This document shows positions 1 to 12,774 of a stretch of DNA of 46,370 nucleotides, piece after piece. How positions within the stretch are numbered: position 1 is the stretch's first letter; each line of letters starts with the position of its first letter. Source of the DNA: Callorhinchus milii (lineage: Eukaryota); contig NW_024705417.1 in assembly GCF_018977255.1 (NCBI RefSeq), positions 1-46,370 on the forward strand. The letters run 5' to 3'. Below the pieces are notes generated by a model. It did no database searches. It was not told where the DNA came from and saw nothing but the letters and a program-made list of their open reading frames with translations. Position numbers and translations under genes: made by a program.

Positions 1-396
1 CAGAGAGACAGAGAGATAGAGAGAGAAAGTGAGTGCTCACGAGAGAGAGAGAGAGATAGAGATAGAAAGTGAGTGCTCACGAGAGACAGAGAGAGAGACA
101 GAGAGAGAGATAGAGAAAGTGAGTGCTCACGAGAGACAGAGAGATAGAGAGAGAGATAGAGAGAGAAAGTGAGTGCTCACGAGAGAGAGAGAGACAGAGA
201 GAGAGATAGAGAGAGAAAGTGAGTGCTCACGAGAGAGAGAGATAGAGATAGAAAGTGAGTGCTCACGAGAGACAGAGAGAGAGACAGAGAGAGGATAGAG
301 AAAGTGAGTGCTCACGAGAGAGACAGAGAGAGAGACAGAGAGATAGAGAGAGAAAGTGAGTGCTCACGAGAGAGAGAGCGACAGAGAGACAGAGCG
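1..396. repeat. (GA)n-based minisatellite with recurring aaagtgagtgctcac
   Basis: Directly visible, about 7 units. Confidence 0.95.
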
Positions 397-699
397 AGAA
401 CTCCCAATCCAAGTTGTTGCCGGTGTTTTTTATTCAGCTCGAGGGGGTGGGAGGGCGGAATGACTCAAGTATAAAACTTTAATCACGTGGTCGAGACGTC
501 TCAAAGCGCTTCACGGGACACGCTGCGCAGTGTAGCGACTGTGTGTTTTGGGGGGCAAAGGCGGCAGCCGATCGCGCCCAGCGACGTCCCCACAAACAGC
601 CGGGGGGGGGGGTCGAAGTGACCAAATTATTATTGTCATTTGGAAGGGATTATTACCCCCGGAAAGTGATCCCCCCCATTCGACTGACAACAACAACAA

Positions 700-2606
700 C
701 ACCATTACATTTATAGAGCGCCTTTCACGTCAAGAGGACGTCCCAAGGCGCTGGACAGTCAGGGGTCGGGAGCATTGGGGAGGGGGTGGGGTAGGGGTGA
801 GGGAAGGCAGAGGGGTGGGAGGGAGACCAAAGGCGCGGTCGGAGAGAAGGGTCTTGAGACCGGCCTTGAAGGAGGCGAGGGAGGAAGCGAGGGGAAGGGT
901 CCGTGGGATGGAGTTCCAGAGTGTGGGGGCAGAGAGGCTGAAAGCCCGGCCACCGATGGTAGAGAGGGTCGGGCGGGAGACACGGAGCAGCCCGGAGCCC
1001 GATGAGCGGAGGGAGCGGGCGGGTTGGTAGGGAGTCATCAGGTCAGAGAGGTAGGAGGGGGCGAGGACATGGACGGCCTTGAAAGTGAGGACGAGGATCT
1101 TGAACTCGATCCTCTGGGGGATGGGGAGCCAGTGGCATCGGGCGAGGGTGGGAGTGATGGGGGGCGAGGTGGGGGATGGGTCGGGCGAGGGTGGGGGCGA
1201 CGGGTCGGGTGAGGGTGGGGGCGATGGGGTCGGGCGAGGGTGGGGCGATGGGGTCGGGCGGGGTGGGATGACGGGGTCGGGCGAGGGTGGGGGCGACGGG
1301 GTCGGGCGAGGGTGGGGGTGATGGGGTCGGGCGAGGGTGGGAGTGACGGGTCGGGCGAGGGTGGGGGTGACGGGGTCGGGCGAGGGTGGGAGTGATGGGG
1401 TTGGGCGAGGGTGGGGTGATGGGGTCGGTCGAGGGTGGAGTGACGGGGTCGGGCGAGGGTGGGGGTGACGGGTCGGGCGAGGGTGGGGGATGGGTCGGGC
1501 GAGGGTGGGGGTGATGGGGTCGGGCGAGGGTGGGGTGATGGGTCGGGCGAGGGTGGGAGTGACGGGTCGGGGTCGGCGAGGGTGATGGGGTCGGGCGAGG
1601 GTGGGGTGATGGGTCGGGCGAGGGTGGGAGTGACGGGTCGGGCGAGGGTTGGAGGTGATGGGGTCGGGCGAGGGTGGGGGCGATGGGGTCGGGCGAGGGT
1701 GGGGGTGATGGGGTCACTGGTGCGCACGAGCTGCAGAGTTGTGGATGATCTGCAGGTTGTGAAGGGAAGAGTCGGGAAGGCCGATGAGGAGGGCGTTCCC
1801 GTTATCGAGCCTCGAGGTGACGAGTGCGCGGGTGGGGGTTTGGGGGCCTGAGGGGTGAGGCAGTGGCGGAGTCTGGCACTGTTGCGGAGGTGGTGGAGGG
1901 CAGTGCCGGTCATGGTGTGGATGTGGGGGAGAAAGGACAGTTCGGGGTCAAACAAGACCCCCAGGTTCCTGACCGGCGCAGTGAGGGTGAGTGTGCAGCC
2001 ATGGAGGCTGATGCTGCCGGCGCCCGAGGTGCGGAGGCGCTGGCGCGAGGCAATCAGGAGGGCCTCGGTCTTGCTGACGGTGAGTTGGAGAAAGTTGTCC
2101 CTCGTCCAGGACTTGATGTCGGACAGGCAGTCGGTCAGGACCCCAATAGTCCTGGAGTTGAGGGCGAAGGCAGAGATAAGAGTTGGGTGTCACCCAACAT
2201 GCGGACACTTACCCCGTCAGTACCTCAATAGTCCTGGAGTTGAGGGCGAAGGCAGAGATAAGAGTTGGGTGTCACCCAACGTGCGGACATTTACCCCGTG
2301 TCTGCGGATGACGTAACGAAAGGGGAACATGTAGAGAGTGAAGAGGAGTGGACCGAGGACAGAGCCCTGAGGAACACCGCACGAGACGGTGCGGGGGCCG
2401 GAGGAGAGGCCGTTAGCCGAGACAAAGTGGAGGCGCTGTGAGAGGTGGGACCTGAACCGGTCAAGGACAGAACCTCGAAGGTTGAGGTGGGAGGAGAGGC
2501 GGTGGAGGAGGATTGAGTGGTCCACAGTGTCAAAGGCGGCGGACAGGTTGAGGAGGATGAGGAGGCAGAGGGAGACCTGGTCACACATGGTCAGGATGTC
2601 GTTTGT
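700..2606 (-). mobile_element. L2 LINE, 5'-truncated and degenerate (RT C-terminus plus 3' end), interrupted by an internal minisatellite
   Basis: LILLNLSAAFDTVDHSILLHRL...[41 protein letters not shown] motifs. The YADD position is decayed (TLGD). Direct duplication of about 80 bp at roughly 2144-2298. Confidence 0.92.
1140..1715. repeat. G-rich minisatellite (about 25-bp unit gggtcgggcgagggtgggggtgat) expanded inside the L2
   Basis: Directly visible; L2 homology resumes on both sides. Confidence 0.9.
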
Positions 2607-3786
2607 GCTAAAGGGGCTGTGGCTTACGAGGCGAGGGGTCTAACCCCCTGAGCGGTGATGGAGGGAGAGCGTGACAGGGACTGTGTCGAGGAGGGAGGAG
2701 ATCCTACGGGGGACGAGCCTAACTTTGCCATCTTGTCAAACGTGTTCTTCTGTGTTTATTTTTGATCAGTTATTTTGGGAGGAAACAAAGCCTCGGGGAG
2801 GGAGGCACAGGGGAGGGAGAGAGGGAGGTGTGGAGGGAGTCTCAACGGCTTCGCCCTGACCCGAGGTTCTCTCGGTTGTTTTTAAGCAAAGTCCGGGGAC
2901 CGAGGGACACGATGGGGGTGGGGGTGGGGAGGAGAGAGACAGGGAATGGGGTTAAGAGTAGAGACAGAGAGAGGCAAAGAGGCTTCAGAGGCAAAGCGAG
3001 TACAGAGGGACACTTCTGTGCCTCGTTCTTTCCATCGGGCAAACAGACCCAAGGGCGGTTTTCCTGAATCACTGTCCCGGAGAGAACGACAACAAAACAT
3101 CCCACATAAACCAGTCCTATAAGCTAGAACCCCCCCCCCCCCACAAACCCCCCCCTCCCCACCCTCCGCCCCACCCCACGAGATCAGACAAAGCATCACA
3201 ACCATCAGAGCTACGATGGGAGTCGAGACCACAAGAGAAGACGCTAAACTGAATGCTGTTACTCCGAGGGCCGAGGAGGGTGGAGGCCGGCGCCAGCCAG
3301 GCGGGCAGTGGGGTGGGTGCGATGGGGGGGGGGGCGGTGTGGGTGGGTGGGTGGGGGGGGGGGATGTGTCAAGACCTGAGCATTGTAAGGCCAGACAATG
3401 GGGGGAATGTTGGATGGAGGCCACTTGGCTTCCTGCCCCGAATGTGGGGGACAAAGGTTTCTGTCGAGTATTTGGCTCAACGCCCCCTACCGCACTCCCC
3501 CCCACCCACACGCACGCACACACACACGCATGCACACAGCACGCACACGCTTCTGTCTACCCGGCAATAAGTATAGAGGTTCTTTTTCCGGGAGTAATAA
3601 TCCCTTCCATTAATAATAATAATAATTTGGTCACTTCAAACTCTCCGCTGGATGTGCGTGGGGGGTGGGTGGGTGGTGGAGGGGGGGGGTCTCTGGCGTT
3701 GACGTGGTCTGCCGCGTTTCGCCCGCAAAAACCTTTCCGCGCAGTCACCGCCCCTTCACAGCTCGTCTCCAGGTGCGTTCACTTAC

Positions 3787-3855
3787 CTTTCGAGACCCGG
3801 CGGAGGGATGAGGACGGACACAAAACCGTTAAAGGCAATTAATTGGGGTTTGTTG
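3787..3855 (-). ncRNA. Candidate internal exon of an unannotated, probably non-coding transcript
   Basis: ttctttcaattacctcag acceptor and perfect AAG/gtaagt donor around 69 nt of unique sequence. Confidence 0.45.
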
Positions 3856-3985
3856 CTGAGGTAATTGAAAGAACACGTCAGGATTTACGCTCCCGCGTCG
3901 CGTAGCGTCGCCCCACACCCCCCCACGCACCCCCCCACCACCCACACACCCCACCCACCCCCACCCCGACCGCTTAAGTCCTGTA

Positions 3986-4310
3986 GAGTCCTGTAGCTCA
4001 GTGGTTAGAGCACTCGCTTTGCAACCGAGAGACCTGAGTTCAATTCCAGGCAGAGGGCCAAACCTCGGGCAAGTTTCCTTACTCCACACAGAGCCTAATA
4101 ATAATTCCTCCAAAACCAAAAACAATAATAAATTGGTCATTTTCAATCCACGACTGTTTGTGGGACATTGCTGTGCGCAATCGGCCGCCGCGTTCGCCCA
4201 CAAACATACAGTCACTTCACTTTACAGTGTGTTCTGTGAAGCGCTTTGGGACGTCCTCTCCCGACGTGAAAAGCGCTGTATCGAATGCGAGGATTATTAT
4301 TATTATTATA
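3986..4310 (+). mobile_element. tRNA-derived Deu-core SINE with L2-like tail (representative full-length copy; dozens of copies or fragments occur throughout the window)
   Basis: A box TAGCTCAGTGG, B-box-like GAGTTCAATTCC, core gtgggacattgctgtgcgcaatcggccgccgcgtt, tail gtgaagcgctttgggacgtcc...gtgaaaagcgct, (TTA)n end. Confidence 0.9.
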
Positions 4311-4311
4311 T

Positions 4312-4712
4312 TAAGTCCGACCGGCACAGCCGCGGGACCCTAACGGCCAACTCGACGCCCGTCTTAACCGCGGACTTTTTGACCGCAAAGCGTAAGTCCG
4401 TCGCAAGGGCATCCGAGCCCCCGCGGCAACGGTTCCCGGTTCGATCGCCCGCAGAGCCTCCGGGCGCGTCGTGTTGCGTCGGTTAACCCGTCGAGTTACC
4501 TGGCGCGGTTTTAAGTTACGGCTTCGAGCCTTTCCCCGCTTTCGGGGCTGGAGGACGGGTCCGCGCCTCCGCAGTCCCGGTGAACGGTGTTCCCTCCTCC
4601 TCCTCGGTTCTTTCGGCCCCTTCTCCTCCCGAACCGTTCCCCCCGTGTTATTGCCGTGGATTTGGCGACCTACGGCCCTGTTGCCTTCTCCGAGGCGGTT
4701 CGTTTGCAACAC
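4312..4712 (-). promoter_or_regulatory. CpG island with candidate first exon of a leftward transcript
   Basis: Unique CpG-dense block; strong CAG/gtaact donor on the minus strand (GT at 4499-4498). Confidence 0.55.
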
Positions 4713-4713
4713 G

Positions 4714-5140
4714 GCTCTCTCTCTCTCTCTCAATCTGTCTCGCGCTCTCGCTCTCGCTCACTCTCTCTCGCTCGCGCTCTCTCGCTCACTCTCTCTCGAT
4801 CTGTCTCGCTCTCACACTCACTCTCTCTCTCTCTCCTCTCTCTCGCTCGCTCTCTCTCGATCTGTCTCGCTCTCACACTCACTCTCTCTCTCTCGCTCTC
4901 ACTCACTCTCTCTCGATCTGTCTCGCTCTCACACTCACTCTCTCTCTCTCTCGCTCTCACTCACTCTCTCTCGATCTGTCTCGCTCTCACACTCACTCTC
5001 TCTCGCTCGCGCTCTCTCTCACTCGCTCTCTCACTCACTCTCTCTCGCGCCCTCTCTCTCACTCGCTCCCTCTCTCTCACTCGCTCTCTCTCTCTCTCCC
5101 TTGTTCACTCTCGCGCTCTCTCTCTCTCTCTCTCTCTCTG
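4714..5140. repeat. (CT)n-rich low-complexity repeat
   Basis: Directly visible. Confidence 0.95.
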
Positions 5141-7149
5141 TCGTCTACAGACACCCTTTTATTTCTCCTGCGAAACCCGTCACAACCGACTCCCGTACCC
5201 CGGGGAATCCCTGGGGCTCAGTGGTTAGAGCCTCCGCCCGGCAGGCGAGAGGATCTGGGTTCGATTCCCCACCCCCCCCCCGCACCCCCCACCCCGGTTC
5301 GCGCGTCCGATAACAATTCAGCTCCTAGGAGACCCCACTTAACCCCCCCCCCCCCCCCGAGAATGCTTAACTGATCCCTATAAAGTGAGGGTGGGGTGAG
5401 AGCCAAGGCTTTGGGGGGAGCCCAGAGCGGGCGTTGGGGGGTAACTACTGGGGTCTAACCAGCTAAACCCACACAGAGAGAGAGAGAGCGCTGTTTGGTT
5501 AAGCTTTCCTGCTCGGACCCCCCCCCCCCCTCCCTGTTCATCGTGGATTACATCCCGTGAGACATCTGTTAGGGAGGCCATTCGGCCCACCGTGTCGGTG
5601 CAACGTGTAGGGGTTAGACCCCTCGCCTCGCGAGCCAGAGGACCCGGGTTCGATTCCCGGGCGGGTCAGGTCACCTCAGGCAAGTGATTCCCCGCAGGTA
5701 AACGTTCCCTTTGTCCCTTTCTTTTGTACGCATCGAATTTGCTGCTGTCGTAACACCACCACCAACCCCGGGGTGTGACCCGGCGCCCGACCGCGTCTCC
5801 GAGGTGTCTCAAAGCGCTTTTCACGGGACACGCTGTCGAGTGTAGTGACTGCCCGTGTGCTTTGGGGGCCAAACGCGGCGGCCGATCGCGCCCGGCGACG
5901 TTCCCCACAAACAGCCGTGGGGTGGAAGCCACCGAATTATTATGGTTTCGAAGGGGTTATTACCCCCCGGAAAGTGATTCCCCCAATCGCCTGACAGCCG
6001 GGGACACAGACGCGTGGGCGCGCGCGCGCGTGTGTATGTGCGTGTCTGTATTTCTCACACACCTGTGCCTTCTGCGCTTGGCACAAGCCGCAGAGAGCTG
6101 TCGGCATTCCTTGCCAACATTCCCCGGCCATTTAAGATCCGAGGAGACAACCCCAGGATGACGATTCAACGAAGACGGGCTGAGACCTGCTCAGACCCAA
6201 CCATCGAGTTCCATGGAACCTGTGGAGTCACTGTAGCTCAGGCGGGTTCGCCTCGGCTCGTAAGCCAGCGGACAATACCCGGGCGGCTCAGGTCAGGGAG
6301 AAGCCTTGGGCAGGTTTCCTTACTCCCCCGCCCCTCCCACCCGCACGCCCACACACACGCGCGCGTGTCCCCGGCAGTCAGTAGTAACCCGCTTGTCAGG
6401 CGATTGTGGGGGCAATAATCCCTCCGAAAAAAATAAAATTGCTCACTCAATCCACAACTGCTGGGCTCAATCGGCTGCTGCGTTTGTCCACAAAACACAC
6501 AGTCACTGCAGTTTACAGCGTGTCCTGTGAAGCGCTTTGAGACGCCTCGAAGACGTGATCAGGCGCCGGGTCAAACCCCGGGATTGTGGTTATTATAATA
6601 ACGACGTTCCACGTGTAAAGGCCTTTCACGTCGGGAGGACTTCCCAAAGCGCTGGACAGAGAGGGACTGAGGGATGGAGTTCCAGAGGGTGGGGACAGAG
6701 TGGCTGAAGTCCCGTCTGCCTATAGTGGGGCGAGCGAGGAGGGGGACCTGAAGCATTTAAGGCCATGAAGGAAAACGGCACCAAATTAAGTCGGATTCAA
6801 TACCAGACGGCAGACCAGGACCGCGAAAAAGGCGTCAGAAAGAAAATCTTCGAATCGAATGAACATGGCAAGAGATGTGAAGGATAATAACAAAAAGTTT
6901 TTTTTTGTAGGTTTAGATGAAGAGGAGAAGGAAACGAAGCGATGGAATAGGGCCACCGAAGGCGGGTTCGGGAGGGAACACGACCAAACAATCCCGCACA
7001 GGCTGCAGTGGCGTTAAACGTGTTTTTTTTTCTTCTTTGCATTGGTCTTTACCGAGGAGGAGACGGGTGATCTATCTGATCTGGAAGGAGGACTCGAGCA
7101 AGTCGCGCAGAGGGAAGTTGCGGCACTCTCTCCGCATCGCTATCAGCAC

Positions 7150-7860
7150 GGCAACCAAACAACTGTGTAAACTCGAGCTAAATAAACCTCAGGGGCCGGA
7201 TCAATTGCATCCGAGGATACTTAAGGAACTAAAGGGAGGAAGTCACCGCAGAAGAGGAAACCACAGGTCCGTGGGTTTGATGTCCGTTGCGGGTAGAATT
7301 CCGGAGACTCTTTTGAGGATAAAATCATGGAGCGTCCGGACCGGAATAAATAATATCTTAAGCAATAACCAATATGGGTTCACGGAGGGGAGGTTTTGCC
7401 GGGTTAATTTACCGGTTTTCATTTGGTGGTGGTGACAAGGGAACCGGATAAGATCAAAGTTGTGGGTGTTGTATATCTGGACTCCAGGAAAGCCTTTGAT
7501 AAGAGTTCCTCTTGAAAGGCTGGAACTCAACGTAAAGAGAGCGGGAATCAGCGGAGGTGCATTCCAAGGGATACTCACGCTGGTTGACGGGAAGAGCCCA
7601 GAGGTTGGCGGGACAGGGAACGTCATCAGGCTGGGAATATATTACCGGTGGAGTTCCACAAGGATCTGTTTCGGGGACCTCTTTTGTGTCGATGCTTTTA
7701 CGCATGATCTGGGGACAGGGAGTTCGCCAGCGTCAAGAGGAGAAATCGAGGAGATACAGAGGAGGGCGACCGAAACGACTCAGGGAACGGAGGGACTAAG
7801 GACTGTGAGGGGCAACCGAGGAAACTGGGGCAAGTTCACGCTGGAGAAGATTGAGAGACA
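7150..7860 (+). mobile_element. Old CR1 LINE fragment with internal deletions
   Basis: KPQGPDQLHPRILKEL, NQYGFTEGRFC, GVPQGSV, IQRRAT remnants. Confidence 0.8.
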
Positions 7861-8344
7861 ACATCAACCCCACTCCCCCGCTCTCTCCCCATAGCCCTCA
7901 TCAACACCACTCCCCGTTCTCCCTCCCCACAGCCCTGATCAACCCCACTCCCCTCCCATAGCCCTGATCAACCCCACTCCCCCCGCTCTCTCCCCATAGC
8001 CCTGATCACATGGCCCTCTCCTCCGGGACTTTGAGTGCTGAGTTGGCTGCGGTTCATCCACCGAAAATAAGAGCATAACAATGGTTTTGATGACCCAGTG
8101 TAATGCATTTCCTGTTATTGGTCCGCGGCACAAGCTGGGAGAGGGAGTTGCCGTTTCCTAACAATTTGCACTTCATCCCATTCACGTCCAACAATGGCAT
8201 CTGTGTTCCAGGCGGAAGGAAACAGAACATCTCCTTACGCAAACAAGATTCAGTGCCAGGAGGCAATTGGCCGGATTCTCGCGGCTTATTTTTATAATAT
8301 TTGCTTTTTATGGGTACACGATTAATCCCCCCCCACCCACCGCA

Positions 8345-9085
<741 letters not shown>

Positions 9086-9410
9086 TCGCAATCCAGAGGA
9101 CCCGGGTTCGATTCCCGGGCAGGTCAGGTCAGGGCGAAACCTTACGCAAGTTTCCTTAATTCACACACACACTTGTTAAGTCGATTGGGGGATCACTTTC
9201 CGGGTGTAATGATACCTCCAAATAAATAAACGATAATTTGGTCACTTCAACCCCCGGCTGTTTGTGGGGACGTCGCTCGGCGCGATCGGCTGCCGGCGTT
9301 TCGCCCACAAATCACACACTCGCTACACTTTGCAGCGTGTCCCGTGAAGCGCTTTGAGAGGTCTCGACGACGCCATCAGGAGCCGGGTCACACCCCAGGA
9401 TTATTATTAT

Positions 9411-9416
9411 TTTATT
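9411..9416 (-). terminator. Candidate proximal poly(A) signal of SRRT
   Basis: AATAAA on the minus strand about 210 nt after the stop codon, abutting a SINE (TTA)n tail. Confidence 0.5.
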
Positions 9417-9626
9417 TCAAACACTTGATAAAGAAAATGACACGGGCGGAAATCTCAATGTGGGGGGGGAGGGGGGGGAAACAGTCTCTACATTATAAAC
9501 GAGGGCGTCAGTGCCTGAACCCACTATAACACCTACCCCGGGGACACGTCCCCTGACCTTGATACAGACAGATAGAGAGGATAAAAACGGTGGCTTGGCT
9601 GCTGTGCGCTCAGATTTTGGTCCTGT

Positions 9627-9702
9627 TCAGAAGAAATCCACATCTTCAGGGGCGTCGAGGTCTCTGTACTCCACAATGTTCCTGGGGTCACCTCGGAGCA
9701 TC
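9627..9702 (-). CDS. SRRT: SRRT last coding exon (cap-binding-complex-interacting C-terminal tail)
   Basis: MLRGDPRNIVEYRDLDAPEDVDFF-TGA; cctag acceptor. Confidence 0.97.
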
Positions 9703-9779
9703 CTAGGAGCAAATTAACAGGGTCCTCAGTTAAGGTAACATGTCACAATCAGTCGTCATATACACACAGCCTCACACCA

Positions 9780-10540
9780 TACAGTGCCTCACACACGCAC
9801 ACTGCCTCACACATGCACACACACAGATTCACACACACACACACACTGACTCACACACACACACTGACTCACACACACACTGACTCACACACACACTGAC
9901 TCACACACACACACACTCACACACACACACGGACTCACACACACGGACTCACACACACACACACACACACGGACTCACACACACACTCTGACTCACACAC
10001 ACACACTCTGACTCACACACACACACACTGACTCACACACACACACTGACTCACACACACACTGACTCACACACACACTGACTCACACACACACACTGAC
10101 TCATTCACACAGACACACTGACTCACACACACACACACGGACTCACACACACACGGACTCACACACACACACACACACACATTGACTCACACACACACAC
10201 TCTGACTCACACACACACACTCTGACTCACACACACACACACTGACTCACACACACACTGACTCACACACACACACACTGACTCACACACACACACTGAC
10301 TCACACACACACACTGACTCACTCACACACCCACTGACTCACTCACACACAACTGACTCACTCACACACAACTGACTCACACACACACACACTGACTCAC
10401 TCACACACACTGACTCACTCACACACACACAGACTCACACACACACTGACACACACACACACAGACTCTCACACACACACACTGACTCACACACACACAC
10501 TGACTCATACCCAGACTCACACACACACACACACACACGG
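9780..10540. repeat. (CA)n/ctgactca minisatellite in the last SRRT intron
   Basis: Directly visible. Confidence 0.95.
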
Positions 10541-11055
10541 ATTCACGCCAACCTTGTGCCTCATACTCTCCGGAATTAGGTAAGCGGGACGTGCCCCTCC
10601 AAGGAGAGGGGGTAACAGTCCTCCCAATAAACAATAATTTGGTCCCTCAAAGCAAGACTGTGTGTGGGTCACTGCTGTGTGCAATGACTACCCTTCTGCC
10701 GGGAGTCCTGGAGCTCAGTGGTTAGAGCAATCGCATCTGGATTCGATTCCTGACAGCTCGAAACCTTGGGCAAGTTTCCTTGCTCACCCGCCAACCCCCA
10801 CCCCCCCCACCCCACCCTCCCACACGCACAGCACACATGCACACACACGCCTGATAATATTCCCTCAAGAAATAAAACCACATACTAAATCAGCCGCTTC
10901 AACCCACGGCTGAGTGTGGGGACGTCGCTGGGCAAAACGCCCAGTCACTACACTTTACTACGCTCGAGGACGCGACGATTATTATTATTATTATTATTAT
11001 TATTCTCGAGGACGCCACAGAAAGCTGGCTCGATCCTGACTTTCCGTTGCCAAAC

Positions 11056-11094
11056 CTGGCAGTCAGTTCGGCTCCAACATTAATGGCTTTGGCC
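11056..11094 (-). CDS. SRRT: Candidate 39-nt cassette exon in the last SRRT intron
   Basis: Pyrimidine tract ctcgctccctttcctgcccggttcag, CAG/gtttgg donor, phase 2-2, open frame (R)AKAINVGAELTA(R). Confidence 0.5.
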
Positions 11095-11528
11095 CTGAAC
11101 CGGGCAGGAAAGGGAGCGAGGATAGCTACTGACTCAGCTCGAGCCCGATCCCAAAACTCTACCAATAATAACCCCGGGGGTGTGACCCGGCGCCTGATAA
11201 CGTCGTCGAGACGTCTCAAAGTGCCCCACGGGACACGCCGTGCAGTGCAGTGACTGTGTGTTTCGGTGGCCCGAGCGCGGCGACGTCCCCACAAACAGCC
11301 GGGGGTCGAAGTGACCGAATTATTATTGTTTTGAAGGGGTTGCTACCCCTGAAAAGTGATCCCCCAATCGCCTGACAAGCGACTGACTGCCGGGGACACA
11401 GGCGTGTGTGTGTGTCCGTGTTTGCGTCGATCTGAGTGTATCTGTATGCGTGTGTGTGTGTGCGTGTGTTTGTGTCTGTCCCGTGTGGGAATCTTAAAGA
11501 GAAAGGGATGAGTTGTGCTCAGACCTAC

Positions 11529-11622
11529 CTGTTTCTGGGCTTGCCCGGGTATCCTCCCTGCCCTCTGTACCCGTCAAAAGTCCCCCGGCCCCCATACTGA
11601 GGGTGTGGGTACGCTGGCCCAC
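11529..11622 (-). CDS. SRRT: SRRT exon 19
   Basis: (G)[30 protein letters not shown](R); accag acceptor, gtaggt donor. Confidence 0.95.
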
Positions 11623-12539
11623 CTGGTGAGGACAAGGGGGTCAGTCAGTCGCAACTTTCAACAGCGCAGCCCCCCAGAGCCCTGGGCAGCGGCGGAGAGC
11701 GCCGCTGAGATTACCGCAAGAGGATGGTCTTCTGAAGATGGGGAAGGATGGGGGGGAGGGGGCAAGGACGAGGGATTGAGAGAGGGAGGGAGTGAGGGAG
11801 TTTTGGGGGTTAGTGACTGAAAGCCCGGCCACTGATGGTGGAGGGGAGGGCGCGAGGGTCAAGCAGGAGGCCGGAGCCGGGCGAGGGGAGGCAGCGGGTG
11901 GTGGGGCTAGTTGGGGTAAGAGCGGGGGGGTGGGGCGAGTTGGGCAAGAGCGGGGGGAGTGGGGTCTAGTTGGGGTAGGAGTTAAGAGTGGGGGGAATGG
12001 GAGCTAGTTGGGGTAAGAGCGGGGGGAGGAGGACAAGAGATAAGGAGGGGGTGGAGGGGCATGGGGGGGGGGGCGGAAATATGGGGGTAACATGACTTTA
12101 GATGCATTCAAGAGAAAGCTAGACCTTCACATGGAGTGATGGGGGAGTAAGGAGTGGTGGGGTGGGGGGGGAGGGGGAGTTGGAGGTGGGGGTGAAGACT
12201 TGTCGACCATCGATGGTCGGGTCTTCAGCCTCTCTGTCCCCACCCTCTGGAACTCCATCCCTCAGTAACTCCCCCTCGCGCGCCCCCTCCTTTGCCGCCT
12301 TCACGGCCCATCTCAAGACCCTCCTCTTCGACCGATCGCACCTTCAGTCACCCTCCTGCCCCCCCCCACCCCCTCCCTGGCCTCCACCCCCTCCCGATCC
12401 CAACCCCCGAACCCGACTGTCCAGCGCCTTGGACATGAAAGGCTCCGTGTGTAAATGTCCTGTGTTTTTGGGTGAGGGGCCTGTGTCTGAGCCGGACAGT
12501 GTGTGCGCGCCTGTGTGTAGAGGTCAGTGTGAGTCTCAC

Positions 12540-12632
12540 CTCCGTAACCCATGACGGGTGGACGAGGCTGGCCGAACCCCAACAAGCCCTGTTGTTGGGG
12601 GTGAGGGTACCCCATTGTTGGCGTCATGCCCA
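12540..12632 (-). CDS. SRRT: SRRT exon 18
   Basis: [30 protein letters not shown]; tacag acceptor, gtgaga donor. Confidence 0.94.
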
Positions 12633-12774
12633 CTGTAGGGGGGTGAGGGGGGAAAACAACAGGAAGGTTAATATAATAATATACATCCTTGCATTTGACA
12701 CAGCATCAGACACATGCACGCGCACACCCACACACCCTCACACACACACTCACACAGAGGTAGCGACATCTCGC

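Noticed and set aside
3180..3290. C/D snoRNA or miRNA in the putative lncRNA intron (CTGA...GTGATG...CTGA on minus)
   Set aside because: There is no proper 5' C box and no long hairpin. An Rfam search would be needed to revive it.
3986..4070. tRNA genes at TAGCTCAGTGG...GTTCRATTCC motifs
   Set aside because: Each runs into the SINE core and tail and lacks a proper acceptor stem and terminator; these are SINE heads.
4330..4710. Telomerase RNA (accctaac plus structured GC-rich sequence)
   Set aside because: The template is incomplete, and there is no recognisable pseudoknot, CR4/5 or H/ACA motif.
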